Source: Mytilus trossulus
Lineage: Eukaryota
NCBI RefSeq assembly: GCF_036588685.1
Contig: NC_086378.1
Coordinates: 64,976,001-65,040,000, forward strand
Direction of reading: 5' to 3'
DNA: 64,000 bases
Positions 13,499 to 27,213 of the stretch are shown piece after piece. The position numbers were made by a program, and so were the translations under genes. Below the pieces are notes generated by a model. It did not search any database. It was not told where the DNA came from and saw nothing but the letters and a program-made list of their open reading frames with translations. The first letter of the stretch is position 1. Every line of letters begins with the position of its first letter.

Positions 13499-16400
13499 TA
13501 GTACGGTGACCAGAGTGAACATTTAAAAAATTTAATCGTCAAAAATGGTATACGGCTGTATCATATATCATTCGAATCGAAAATATATGTACTTTAAAAT
13601 TAATTTGGTCGTCAAAACTAAAAATGGTGCAGTTTTTCAGAAATCGAGATCAAAGGTCAACCATCATGTTTCATACATAATTGCAATGGATATTATATTA
13701 CAACTAAAATACCTTATCGCATATTTGTTTTAGCAAAACAGCATGGGTTCTGTTTTTTCATTCCATTTTTCACCCAAAAATCAAAAATTATCCTAAAATA
13801 AACTGTTTCGATAAAGTAAAACACTTTTAAAAAAAGGGGGTGATTTTTTACTTAAAAAGATGTATTTTTTTCGAAACAATCATTATTACAAGCATCAAAA
13901 CTATGATAAATGAATATAAAATACGAAAAAACATGCCTGCTTTAAGATAAATATAGTTTATTACCCAATATAGGTTTAACAATTAAGTTTTGTTCACTTA
14001 GGATACGGTTGGTACACGCTAAATTTACAACAAACTCTATAAACACAGACTGATATGTGTCTTTAAAAAAACTTTTTATATGTTATATCATGCATTTCAA
14101 GGAACACAAGTCAGCGCAGAACATATATACAATTGTAAAAAGTATTTTGGATTACTAGAACTACATTTAACTGTCTGAAAACTTTAGATTTTTAATAAAT
14201 GATACAATATCAGAAATGCACATTCAATTTGCATATCGCACCATAAGCCTTATATATACTGGCAAATAAAATTTAGTTCTCAAACTTCTTCTGTTAGGGT
14301 ATGTGTATAAACGTTCTTGCATGATTCTGATCCTTGGCAGGAACATAAGTCGGTACATGCAAGGTTTTGGAAGACACAAACACACGACTTTTTACATTGT
14401 GATTTTCCCTTACACGAACACACGAGGTCATGAAGAAAATCTGCTGACATGTTTCCTTCAAAGTATACAGGGTGCAAGGAATCTTTGAATGGTTTCCATC
14501 CGTATTCCAATGGTGAAGGCAGGGGTGGTTTTGCAAGACAAGAAGCATGCCAAATTTTGGTCTGAAATGAGGCACGAAGGATATGCTGTCGAAGCGCCGC
14601 TTCAGAGGGTGACATTCTGACCAGACTTGAATCCTTGCTTGTAGCAAGCTTAACTCGAAGTTTAATAATGTCCTGATGGCAGGATGCATATTTCTGCTTT
14701 TGGTCGTAAAGTCTTGCCACAAACCGTCTAGAGCATGATATGGCAGTCTCTGTGTCGGAATCTCCTAAATTGTACAGATCACTGAAATCAAATACTGCAT
14801 CTTTCAATACTTTATACACTGACTTTTTACCAATTCCAAATAAGGAAGATGAGGTGTCACACCCAGAGAGAGCATGTACGGCAGAAAGAACTCTACAAAT
14901 GATTTCAGGGAGTACTGAACAATTCAGGACCTTCAACGACTTCCTGGTCAGATATCACTTTAGCAATTTCAGGATCTTCAAAGGAACCTGCTATATAATA
15001 AGTATGCCCAGGGAGCACTAATAGAGGATTGCTTTTAATGAACTTGACCAAAAAGGTCACCAAAAAATTTAATGATAGCCTGCTTGTTTTCTTTAACAGA
15101 AAGAAATTTCTTCCAGTCGGGGACATTTCTTCCTTCAATAACCTGAAACACCTTTGCATGAGCAGTGACTTTGGTACGACGCTCTCTTTCAGCTGACTTA
15201 ATGGAGTGTTTTACATCATATCGACCAAAAACATCGGCCACTGTCTGAGCTTTTTTAAAACAACTTAAATAATTGCAATAGGCAAGAGCAAGATCTCCAA
15301 AGGTTTTATGTTTCTTTGCATCCATGCACTGAACTATAGCCATACCGTCTCTTATATAAGTTGTCAACGAAGGATCAAAATCTGGCAACGAAAGAACCGG
15401 CGAGACTTCATTTTCAAACTGTTTTACTAGATCCGATTTACACGATTTTCTCATTGTTCCATCTTCATGGAACACAGAAACCGGGATAGGCCCATGTGGA
15501 AGTGAGAGAATACTTTCAATAGTAACATCATCTCTGCTGTTAGCCAAAATCAGAGCCCGTCTAAAAACAATTTCTAGATTTATATGACCGGTTATAATGT
15601 CGCCAGATTTACACTTAAGGGTTGTCCTAGCGTTCATATGTTCAAATGTTTTCAATTTGGACTTGGTAATTGGACTATACAAGCTACCAGATTGGTCTAA
15701 AGAAAGCGCACTCTTAACAAATTTTCTGCACATATTTTCTCCTTCATCTACTGCAGAAAGCAAAGAATCCTGAACTTCTCTAGTAGCATGCATGCCTGTA
15801 GAGATATTAATGAGACAAGGAGGGTGGGCATCTATATCAAAGGGATCAGTCATGGTTTGGTTCAAATGAGTTACTTTTGCTTGTACTTGTTCTTCGTCTC
15901 GCTTCAAAGCTGTTTGTTTGGTTTCCTCATGCGAATTGTCACTTGTGCATGTAATACCTGCTCTTTCATTCATTTCATTACTAAAGGACGCCAATAAATG
16001 ACGAGTCAGAGTCCACCTTATCAGATCAGATTTCTGATTTGTAATTCCAACGATACCACTTTAACCCTTTGAATCTTTTATGATGGTTTTTTCAGTGCCC
16101 ATATCACTCCAAATACCATTGAACGTGCCTTGCTTTTGTCTGAAAGAAAACTCCTCTAGTTTAAAAGCTGATTCGATCTCTGCTGGTAGTTCGGGCATAT
16201 CAAGAATATATACAGGCATCCATCTAGAGTAATTACTACGGTTGGTAATGTAAAAATAGGGCAGCATTTTGGATGAAGACATTAAATGTGCCGACCAATT
16301 ACCTTCTCATTCTGCTCGTACATTTGACAGCATAATTTGAACGGCAACGAGGAACATATCCCAATATTTGAAAGTAGGTGATGCATCGTGACCCCATACT

Positions 16401-19400
16401 TTGAACACACCAATAAGAGGCTGTACGTGGTCTTCAAACATCTTTTCCAGTCTAGTTTTAATGTCTGAGGCTTGGTCCGTTTGATCACATATACTTGTAT
16501 GGAACTCTAAAAACACATTCCAGAACGCAGATGGTATCTGATCGAAGTAATAAAAGATCCTACACCAGTGTATAAATGCTGATATAAAAAGAACTTGAAG
16601 GGCTTCAAACACAAGCGTGAACCCTCTGACAGCCCTGTTAAATTCTTTACCATTCAACATAAGTTCGGCTGTATTTCCAGCGTACACACCAGAATCTACC
16701 AACAAATCGCGAAGACCGACATCAGCCCAAAGTTTCCCGATAGAGGCTAAGAAACACGACAAACTGTGGAAACCACCAAGCCTGAGAATATGGCGATTAA
16801 AAATGTCAGGCTTGGACCATTTGAACCAGTTGCTGGTCAAATGTTTGAATAGCGTAATCCTGTCCAGCATCATTAGACATGTTAAGACATTTCTTCATGG
16901 CATTATACACTGTGGCCATATCATTTGGTTTAGAATCTATAATTGGAGGATATGCTACAACTGTAACATCGGCGCCCTTTTTAGACAAAAGACAATTGTA
17001 CCCTGTCCAAGAAGGAATCTTTTGTTCATTCACTTTTATTTCCATTGGGAACTCTATAACATCCCTTGACAAAAGTCTGGAGAAAACCCATATCTGATCG
17101 ACATCATTACTCTTAATATAATCACATAATTGAAGTTTATCGAAAGCATCCGATCGTCGTGGAGGTTCTGACCTACATTTTGGTTTAAGGTAAGGAATGG
17201 CATCGGTCAATGATGCTGTTGTATCATCTCTAGCCAAAGATCTCTCTATTCCTCGCTTAATTCGTTCTGAACCATTACTATGAACGCCAGTTGATTTAAT
17301 TTGAAATACAGCCCTAGCTAGAGAATGGAAGGTGTTTTCTCCATCTATTGTCTCGGCGTTTATGTCAATATTATCAGAACCCTCTTGAATCAATCGACCT
17401 CCTTCTGAAATGGGACGAATACCTCCTGGGATTTATCGATCGCCACTAATACGACTTATCTCATGGTTTGCAACACTGGTAAGGTATCTCCGCAATTCGG
17501 TATAGGTAACGCAAAACCCATGCGCGTTCAGAATTTCAATAAGGCGCTTCGACCCAAACTCGTGGTAAACTTGAATTGCAAGACCAAGATGAAAAGGTGT
17601 AAGGATATTGCGGATAGTTGCAACAATACATTCCGTTAAAGCCAAACATTTCCTCACACTTTCTGTTTTGATATTAGAAGGAACAGTGCAAGTGCTAAAG
17701 GCCATTTCGTCTGTAATCCAACTTAGTAGTTTAACCAAAGAAGAGGGCATTGACTGTAAAGAACTTTCGAATGATACCTCCGTTGAAGTTGGGTAGTTTT
17801 CCTTAAAACTTCTTACTTTTTGAATGTCTCTCCGAATTAAACTTGCTACTGAATAAAGGAGTTGGTCATCCGTTTGTTCGCTATACATACGTCTCGTTTG
17901 TTTTTCATGTGACCATTTTAACTCAGTTTTCAAATTACTGGCTGCCTTGATCGCATCCCCTAGTGTTATATTGCTACTCATTATCATATTGGACTTACCC
18001 TGCCCTTGTTGTGATTGAATAACAACAGAATCACCGTAATGGTTTTCCAAATATCGCTGCAGTTTCCTTGTTGTAAAGCTTGTAGGCATATTTTCTGGTA
18101 GGTATGAACCAAACTTCTTAATTAAAGAGGATAATATAAATGCCTATTTATTCCTTAATAAATCATCATTTATGCAAGAGATTAATTTGGAAAAAGCAGC
18201 TGCATTATGGATTCACATTCTGAAGTTGAGTTACCAACGACCTGAATATCTTTTTATAAATACGTTAGATATTTTGTTATGCACTGGTTATGGTAAAACG
18301 CTTGCTCTTTAAAATTGGCTTGACTAATTTTATGCAGCAAGTTTAAATCACCGTTATGGTTTGCAGCGTTTGTTATACGACTAACCCTTTCATCCGATTC
18401 AATTTTCAAAAAAATTTGTCTTGCTTGTAGCTTTTCTTATTACAAAATAAACAAGCACTCCAATTGGTAGGAGAAGACATAGATAAAGTTAAGATACTCG
18501 TGACTGGACTGGACTGGACTGAACATTCCGCTTCTTCATCATCTTGTCTCTTAATAAACACCGCAATGTTGTGTTCACTTGTATAAGACTTGTAGCAACT
18601 TTTATGATAAACCATTTCCAAACTATCATTCGGTATATCATCGAATGAATCATATTCACTAATCAATTTCAAGTAAATCTCATCTTTACGCTTACCAGCT
18701 GCAGCAAAAAACCGAGATTTACTGTTATATGTAAATAAAACTACGGTTTCATTACTGCTTTTCTGGCAAATTACACATTTTTCTAATATTAAACTTGGTT
18801 TGAGTCGCTTTGCAGTACTTGGGCCAAGTTTCAACGGACTTCCCTGTTGTGCCATCTTTTGGGGTTAGACCAGACCTCAATTTCTAAAAATAACTTCCAA
18901 CTAAATAATTTATATTCCTCTTCAAAGAATTAAACCTAATCAACACAACCTCAAAATTGAACAAACAACAAACAAAAAAATCTAAGAAACCAAATACAAG
19001 TAATATCTAGTGATAATTGCTATATATAGTAATCGAGCATATGGTGCGCTCGAACTTCAAAATCGATAAGTTTATACTATCGGATAACCCGTACCTGACA
19101 CCACTTTCCGGAAAATTAAGTAAGATTGTATTTTGATAGTGAATATTTTGAATGCTATTTTACATCTTTTTGTGAATTTTGTTATGATAAAAAATTATGT
19201 CACTGAAAAGAGTATTTGCTGAATTTTCACGTTGTATAAATAAGTTCATAATTTAACGATACGTGCGTTCTTGCAAAGTATAGAAATACGGTGAAGCGAC
19301 AAAATGTCCAAAGTTTTAGAACTTTGTAACTTCATATGTATTTAACAAAAGACTTATAATGTTACTTTTTTTTGCTTAATGAATGACATATTATATGTGC

Positions 19401-19670
19401 TATTCAAATCCTATACGAAAGACACATATATTTGACAACGATTTAAAAAAAAATTGCCGAAATTACATGCCTCGTAAAGTCCACATTCTATGTCATTTTT
19501 GCTAACAAAACGGCAAATTAAAAAAAAATACACAGAACGACTTTTTGACGACCAGTCTAGAATTAAAGTAAAATCATTTCTCTAGATGTATATCAAATTT
19601 TAGCCGTATACCCTAAAGTGAAATTAAACTCTGTTAATAATCGCCTTTTTACTATTCCGTCACCGTACTA
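13499..19670 (-). mobile_element. Academ superfamily (XPG-containing, AcademX-type) DNA transposon, full length, decayed
   Basis: Termini TAGTACGGTGAC (13499) and GTCACCGTACTA (19670), with 3-bp TSD TAT (13496-13498 / 19671-19673). Imperfect sub-terminal inverted blocks GGTATACGGCT and TGGTCGTCAAAA. TAG...CTA ends, a 3-bp TSD and transposase + XPG + Cys8 content are hallmarks of Academ. Confidence 0.85.
14280..18855 (-). pseudogene. Frameshifted Academ transposase (N-terminal Cys/His motifs, DDE-type core, XPG/PIN-H3TH nuclease, C-terminal Cys8 finger)
   Basis: Colinear minus-strand ORF fragments 18406-18855, 17433-18089, 16806-17393, 16307-16873, 16061-16282, 15035-15994 and 14280-14936. 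Motifs: CVICQ..YHKSCY, DNIDINAETIDG..TFH, FDQQL, LRLGGFH, NYSRW, DGMA, HALSGCDTSSSLFGIGKK, CSCK..C...CVC....LACTDLCSC. Confidence 0.88.
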
Positions 19671-20010
19671 TATGAAATGATTATGTGTTATCTTAACTTC
19701 CATGCCGCATTAAGAAATGTACACAATTGTTTAGTTCATGTAGGTAGACTCTTTGAGTTAGTCTGTAAAAGAAATAACAGCTTTCTATTAGTTGGCCATG
19801 AACAATAATACTAAGTCAAGTCAGTATATTACTATTAAAATCCTTTTCATTCCAATTAATTAGACAGTAAAAAAATGAAATATTTTAAGTAAGTTTGATC
19901 AAAACGAAAACATGTAAAATATAAACGCCTGGAAATCATCACCGCTTCTTAAAGAATATATTATCGTCATGCAGTATTCATATCTAAAACATCAAAAATC
20001 GTAATAGTAT

Positions 20011-20262
20011 GTAAAAGAGGGACGAAAGATACCAAAGGGACAGTCAAACTCATAAATCTAAAACAAACTGACAACGCCATGGCTAAAAATGAAAAAGACA
20101 AACAGAAAAACAATAGTACACATGACACAACATAGAAAACTAAAGAATAAACAACACGAACCCCACCAAAAACTAGGGGTGATCTCAGGTGCTCCGGGAG
20201 GGTGGGCAGATCCTGCTCCACATGTGGCACGTGTCGTGTTGCTTATGTGATTACAAATCCGG
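20011..20262 (-). repeat. High-copy bivalve short interspersed repeat (source of the spurious MPHVEQDL..LPEHLRSP ORF)
   Basis: Recognised from memory as a common Mytilus-type dispersed repeat. A degenerate related fragment lies at ~48270-48400. Confidence 0.55.
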
Positions 20263-23200
20263 TTAAATAATATGTGGAAAATTTGAAGTTTGAAAAATAT
20301 TTTAGATGAATACTGAATAGTTTATAATTGTATATGCATAGGAATATGACAGTTGTTATCAAATCGTTTGATGTGTAAGCTTTCGATTTTAAGATTTGAT
20401 TTGGCACCATCCGTTTTAATAAACTCATCATAGATACCAGTATTGACATTTTACTTTCATCGGGGTTCAGTATTTTTGTTATTTTACTTTTTACAACATA
20501 TGCTTCTTGATGTCTGTAAGTCTGTCTCATGTTTACAGATGATGAAATTATGTCTAATTTAATGACATCGATATTACGTCATTTGTGTTATCATATTTGA
20601 GCTCTCTATTAATTTGGTTAATTTTTCTCCTACATGCTATTTTCTCTGATTAATAGTGGATCAGGATAAATATCTGTGAAATTGAAATGAAAAAATCCCC
20701 AACGCTAAATCAAAATTTATATTTGAATAACATTGAAAAAGAATTAATTTGCCGAAGCGGTTTAAGAAGTAATTTAGCATTTCAAAGTCAAATTTTAATT
20801 GAGAAGTCATTTTGAAGCCGTACATGTACCACATAGAAGAAGAGTGACATTTCCAATATTTAACCTCATTAATTGAAAAATAGTAATAAATTGCACCAGA
20901 TTGTAATCACAATTAAAGAATCTAATGAGGCTGCTGTCGCCGACCCGAAATCTTTTTATCGGTAAATAAATAAAAACACTACATTAGTTTTAGTACATTT
21001 GAATTGAAGACTGGAAAAACTAACAGCTTTAAGATGTGTTTGTCTGTAGTTTGCAGTGTCTCCAACAGTTTAACAGACCATTAAATGTTAGTGTTTAGTA
21101 TAACAAGCACATCATAGAAACCAGGATTAATACAGACAATAAAATATCTCATCTTTGTTCTACTTTGTCAGATTCTTGTCCCTGGTGTTTCATTATCAAT
21201 GTTTAAACAACTAAGTAAAAAACTTTTGATGGCTATTTTTCGTTTGTTTCCCTGTCCTATATGTTCTCCCATTTATCTGTTTATTTATTGTAAACCTGTC
21301 GTGTAATGTTGTCCTTTTAATGTTATAATTAACACTGCTATTAAATTGGAGGTTATGCATGTCACAAAACCAGGTTCAATCCACCATTTTTTCATAAAAT
21401 GTACCAAGTCAGGAAAATGGCCATCGTTACATTATAGTTCGATTTTGTGTGTGTTACATTTCGGTGTTGTGTCTCTGCTGTTTCGTAGTTCTCTTATATT
21501 TGTTATGTTTCCTCAGTTTTATTTTGTAACCAAAATTTGTTTTTTCTCTATCGATCGATGAATTGTGAACAGTGGTATACTACTGTTGCCTTTATGTAGA
21601 AAGCTTTATGACAAACTTGTTTTTCTTTAAAATGGCATATAGTTGATTTGAATTTTTCAATGAAACAGAAGCAGGACGTGTAATACTAAACTCTATTACA
21701 TGCAATGTGTGTCCTGGTTTATTTTATTTCTGTTGATACTATATAACAACATATCGTGCAATGTATGTCAAATCAACCCGTCTTGATTTGTCCTATATAA
21801 ACGAGCAATTGGTTTAAATGTACATACATAATATTCAGGTTGATGATTGTATTTGTAAACGATTCATTATTTCAAATGAATTGTCACCCTAATGAAATGA
21901 CTTTTTTCGATGTTTACCTATGCCAATGAAATAAATTGAGAATAGAAATGAGGAATGTGATGAGACAGCCACAAAACAAAAGAGTAGAAAACAGCCAAAG
22001 GCTACTTATGGGATTTCAAAACAGTAAAAATCCTGCACCCTGAGTCGTGATACAACTCAACGATTGTTGATCCTAAATCAGTCTTTTTTTAAATTACTTA
22101 AAAACGAATTAATGTTTTCTCCAATTTACGATCAATGGAGTCTAATACACACAATTAATGAATACACCAATATGTTCTCCTGACAAATAAAGAATGAATA
22201 ACAATACCCTATCTGCAGCCAAATGAACATGACAATTTCTTATTTTTGGAGAAGTCAATATGACTGATGGACATTTTCCTATTCACTTAATTATTGCTAT
22301 GGATTTTCGTCGCTTTAAAGACTAATTTAGTTCTTAAATTTACTGGCAAATGTATAGTGGTTACACATGGCTTTAGTATAAGGAAAACTAAATATATTTG
22401 TTTATATAATTATACAATGTACTTGTCTCGTTGACTACTGGAAACAAAACAATCTCACCTAGCAATTGTAATCAAATGTACTATTGTGTTGTGTTATAGC
22501 AGAATGAAACTAGATTAATGAACTACATTACACGAGAAAGTGATCTACTCGTTCTCTTTTCTGTTCTGATTGATATATAAAATGTACTAAACAAGACCAT
22601 AAATGTTTTATTCTTCATTACCTGCCACTAGCAATATAGGGTCATGTTCCTTATTTTATTTCTTACACCTGGTACCATTTTTCTATTTATTAATTGATAT
22701 CTCATAGTTTATAAGTGTTTGTCCTACGTAACCCAAGATACATTAACTTTATGTTCCAAAGCTCCTCTTAACAAATGACGTGAAAATGGGATATCATCTT
22801 GGTTTTTAGAGCATATACAGAGTTGAGAAGCGGATAAGCAACGGCTAATGAATGACCTACAAGATCGCCTTCAATCTATAATATTCTTACTGAAGTGTAT
22901 GATATCATTTTAGACAAGCAAAATATTGTCACGTGATTTTTTTTATGAAAAGGATTCCTTTAATTTAGATTATGATATGCTTAAACATTTTTCCCCTAAA
23001 AACGACGGTAGTAAATTGACAAATAACAATGTTTCAATACAGGAATTAACAGTACAATATGTATCAGATTTTTTTCAGTAAATGTTGTTGCCAATATATT
23101 TGATAGTCATCATTAAATATTGTTTTGTATTTGTCAGCAAAAAATATAGAGTTATGATCGAACTCTAAATATTTTCATTTTGACACGATCGTTCGAAAAC

Positions 23201-26200
23201 GACTATGACGTACACAAATTTATATTACATTAGTCTTTTTTGTAAATAAATAATATTTGCTTTCTCAAAATTATACTGGCGTATGTTTAAATGAAACTGA
23301 CACGCATGGTTCATTATTCAATGTAAATCTAAAGTATCGATATAATTTTGTTAAGCCAGTGAACGTTAGCTCTGTCTTCCTCGGAAAATAATAGCTAATT
23401 CCAGATAGCAGATACAATTCTCATGACTACTTAAATTGAAATCTTAATATTGCTATAAGTCCTTACACATTTATCGACATAATCATAATTTTTTAAAGTA
23501 TCGTTATGAAAAGAGCTGTTAAATGAGGTAAGCTCAATACATATCACAACACATAAAACATCTCAATCTAGATGTAACACTGATGTCAGGAACATGTCAT
23601 ACTGGATATAGATACTTGAAGGTGGATCACAATGAATGAACCTCTAGGGACAAATAATTACTCCTCTGAAAATACTGAGAGGCGAACTTTTTACCGATTT
23701 GTTTTTTTCTTTCAGAGAGGACTTGCATAGCAAATAGAAAATAAATCCAAATATATATAATCATACATAAAATACTATCATTCAAAAGAATTTGAAATTT
23801 TGTTCGCACTTCGAAATGATAATACGAAACCATATTTTGGTATTGTGTGCAAATATTAGTTTCGCATATGGATACGAACTATTGTAAATGGGCAATCACT
23901 TTAGATATCTATTGTTATTGGAAGAGAGTTCAGTGTTGTGTTATACGCTGTAGACGGGCACTAAAATACTGTTATATGTAGACTTCAAAATTAAGAAAAT
24001 TAGCAAAGCTTGTTTAAAGAAAATTTGTGTAAAAGTAATACTGTAGACATAATCAACCAGTTTATCATCCTGCGTTCAACTATTCTGCTTATATGGTTAT
24101 ATGTCGTACCATTTAGCGAGTATGTGCAAAGCTCTTTTCAAAAACGTTTTTTCTGATTTTATGTATCTTTGGTATGATTCAAATGTCAGATTCAGGACCT
24201 TAAAGATTTGAATAGTATGCAATAAAACAAAAACCAGATATTTATCAAAAAGTTTATAGAAAAACCATGTCAATAAGACCTGTATCCATGCACCGGTTGA
24301 ATTGCCGATCGAAGTAATAAGGTTTAGGATAGAAATATAGCGTGTAGTCATTGCCTAAACTCACCGTTTCTATAATGGATTTAATGATGTGGCATGTAAG
24401 TACTCAATAGAAGCCAGTTATGCTAATTACATCACTGTCTGCACTTTCAAAAGTATGTCATACAAAGTATCTGATAGGTCACTTCGTAACATAACAGGCA
24501 TCGGCATTTGAAAGTACCTTTATTTTTTATTGAAATTGTATGCATCTGTGAATATAGTTGAAATAGTTTAGTTGATATCGTAACTTGAAAGAACTTTCCT
24601 ATTCACACTGAGATCAAACAAATTCCAACAGCAACAGAAACTAATATCATTAGTGCAGCGCATTGTTAATCATTTACATCAAAAAGATTGAACTGCAAAC
24701 TATTAAACCTTACAAGTGAAATGCTGGTGAAGTTACAAATCTCTATAACAGATTTGGATAAACAGCACCGACTTCGTTTGGGGATGCTCCGTGTATCAAT
24801 AACATATTGTTCAGCAGTGAGCTTTTTAATACGCGAGGTATTTTATTAGTATGCAATCCATTCATGGTTCCAGGTGAATAAGTCCCATGAAAATATAAAG
24901 TACACTGCTTTTCAAATTTATAGCTCATGATATAACTATGGAGTTTTTGTTTTCGTGAATGAAACTGAACAACACAAAGCGATGACAACATGCTTATTAT
25001 TTTTATAATCAACACACATTTTACTTGACGTAAAAGTACGTTCAGTTAGCATTAAAACTTTAATTTCAGCCAATTTATTGTACACTTAGTGTTTATTTTT
25101 AAAAAGAAAGTAAAAACAAATATTGAACTCCGAATAAAAGGACCGTTGTAACCCGTGCGACGTCCAAGCAGGTCTTCCCTTTGTTTTGTTTGTGTTCTTC
25201 ATGAATTAGCTTAAAACTACTGTAACGTTATTATCTTAGAAGGTCACTTACTGGATCCTAATTTTACAATCAAAAGATACATGTTTGCCTGTTTCTGAAA
25301 ACAGACGAATACAGATTTTAAAAAAATGCACATTTTCATATTTGAATACTTAAACCATATGGTTGGTTTCATCGAATATATTCATTACCGGTTACAATAT
25401 ACTAACAATTATTTATGGAGACATTAATTCGGTATCATAATTAAGATTATTAGGTTATTATATGTATAATATTACTTGTACCACGTAGATATTTCGAATC
25501 AGGATCGACATTTGAGCCTCAATTAAAGAGTGACAATAAAGAAATAATCGTATAACAGAATCAATATAACCCAAAGCAATATGATACATAATTGATTATG
25601 CAATAAGTAATCCTATATTGAACATTTGCTACTATAAATTGTTTATCAAATGGTTGAGTTGATCATAAAAAAATAAATCATGTCATAAACTAAAAGCTAG
25701 AACAAAGTATATGTGCAACCATTTGATACGTCAACGTCCTTTATATATCAATATTTCATTAAGTGTCAAAATTATCATAGGCTTAACATTTTGCAATGTA
25801 CCACAATACGATCGCAGTTTTAAAGAAACATCCACAATGCTTTACTAAGGAATTGTCCATTAGATTGACTGAAATTCTGTCCGCAGTGAAAGAGGGTCTT
25901 CAAAAATACTGTGAAACTGTTTACTCGCGTAGTGGTATTAACCATATCTGGATTCTTAAAAATTCTAAAGAACTTCTAGATAATTTTAAATCTCGGTCTT
26001 TTTCTGAAATTATTTCCATCAAAATTTAGATTTTTCAACCCTGTATACCACCATTCCCCATGTAAAATTGAAAAATCGCCTAAAAGAAATAATCCACAAT
26101 GCCTTTCAACATAAAAATGGTAGCATACGCTATAAATTTATTACTTTGGGATTTCATAAGGCAAATTTCGTTAATAGTGACAAACAAAAAGGTAAAACAT

Positions 26201-26706
26201 GCTACACAGAAGAACAAGTGGTCAGTATGCTGGAGTTTCTTATCGACAACATATTTGTTGAGTTTGGAGGTAGACTTTTCCAACAAATTGTCGGCATTCC
26301 TATGGGAACAAACTGTGCGCCTCTTCTTGCCGACCTCTTCTTATTTTCATATGAATCGGAGTTCCTCTAGACACTTGTCAAAAACAAGAGGATCAAAGAA
26401 GCCAGATTATTTAATTTCACTTTCAGATATATTGATGATGTTCTTTCCATAAACAATCCGAACTTTTCTGATTGAGTTCCATTGATATATCCCCCAGAAC
26501 TAGAGATTACAGAAACAACAGACATAGCTTCCTCCGCCTCATTTTTAGACTTATATCTCGAATTTGACTTACACAGTCATCTCAGTACCAGAATCTATGA
26601 CAAACGAGACGATTTTAATTTTGAAATTATAAATTTCCCCCACCTTAGTAGCAATATACCAACTGCACCTGCATATGGGATATATATTTCCCAACTTATT
26701 CGATAA

Positions 26707-27213
26707 CACTAGTAACCCGAATTTAGCTTGAACGGACAAAAACGTGTTAACGCTATTTAAATGAGATTAATTGTTATTTGATAAAGATTGACAAAAATTA
26801 AAAATTATTTTTAATTCATTTCAATTCATTTCAATTCATTTTAACGCCAGTCAAATAGATTTCTTTGCGGTGAATCAATTGAAATCAAGTTGCTGGTAAT
26901 GTACGTCAAACTATTAGGCCACGCCCCCGTTAAACTATTTCAAACTGGCATCAATTCGTTTTAAACATCGTTGAGACCCAAGCTTTGTACAGGTAAATCA
27001 CTCAAGCAAGACAAACTTGATTTATTTATCTTTTTTTTTTCATCAAATTTTATCGAATTTAGTTATATGCGTGTATTCTCAGTTAAGTCGCATGCTTCAC
27101 AATTTTTAACAAATGAATGCACAATACATGTGACATTTAAGAAATTTAGATAAAAACATTGAAATATTGATGCACGGTTTAAGAAATGTGAATCTGTTGA
27201 AAATAAAATAGTA
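26707..27213 (+). repeat. Left terminal inverted repeat (507 bp)
   Basis: Reverse complement of 43474-43980 with scattered mismatches. Contains AATTCATTT x3 and a GGCCACGCCCCC GC-box. Confidence 0.92.

Noticed and set aside
14303-17796. Plus-strand ORFs (14303, 14740, 15788, 16617, 16879, 17608)
   Set aside because: They are antisense shadows of the Academ transposase frame.
19967-20230. 87-aa ORF MPHVEQDLPTLPEHLRSP...
   Set aside because: It lies within a high-copy dispersed repeat and has no gene context.
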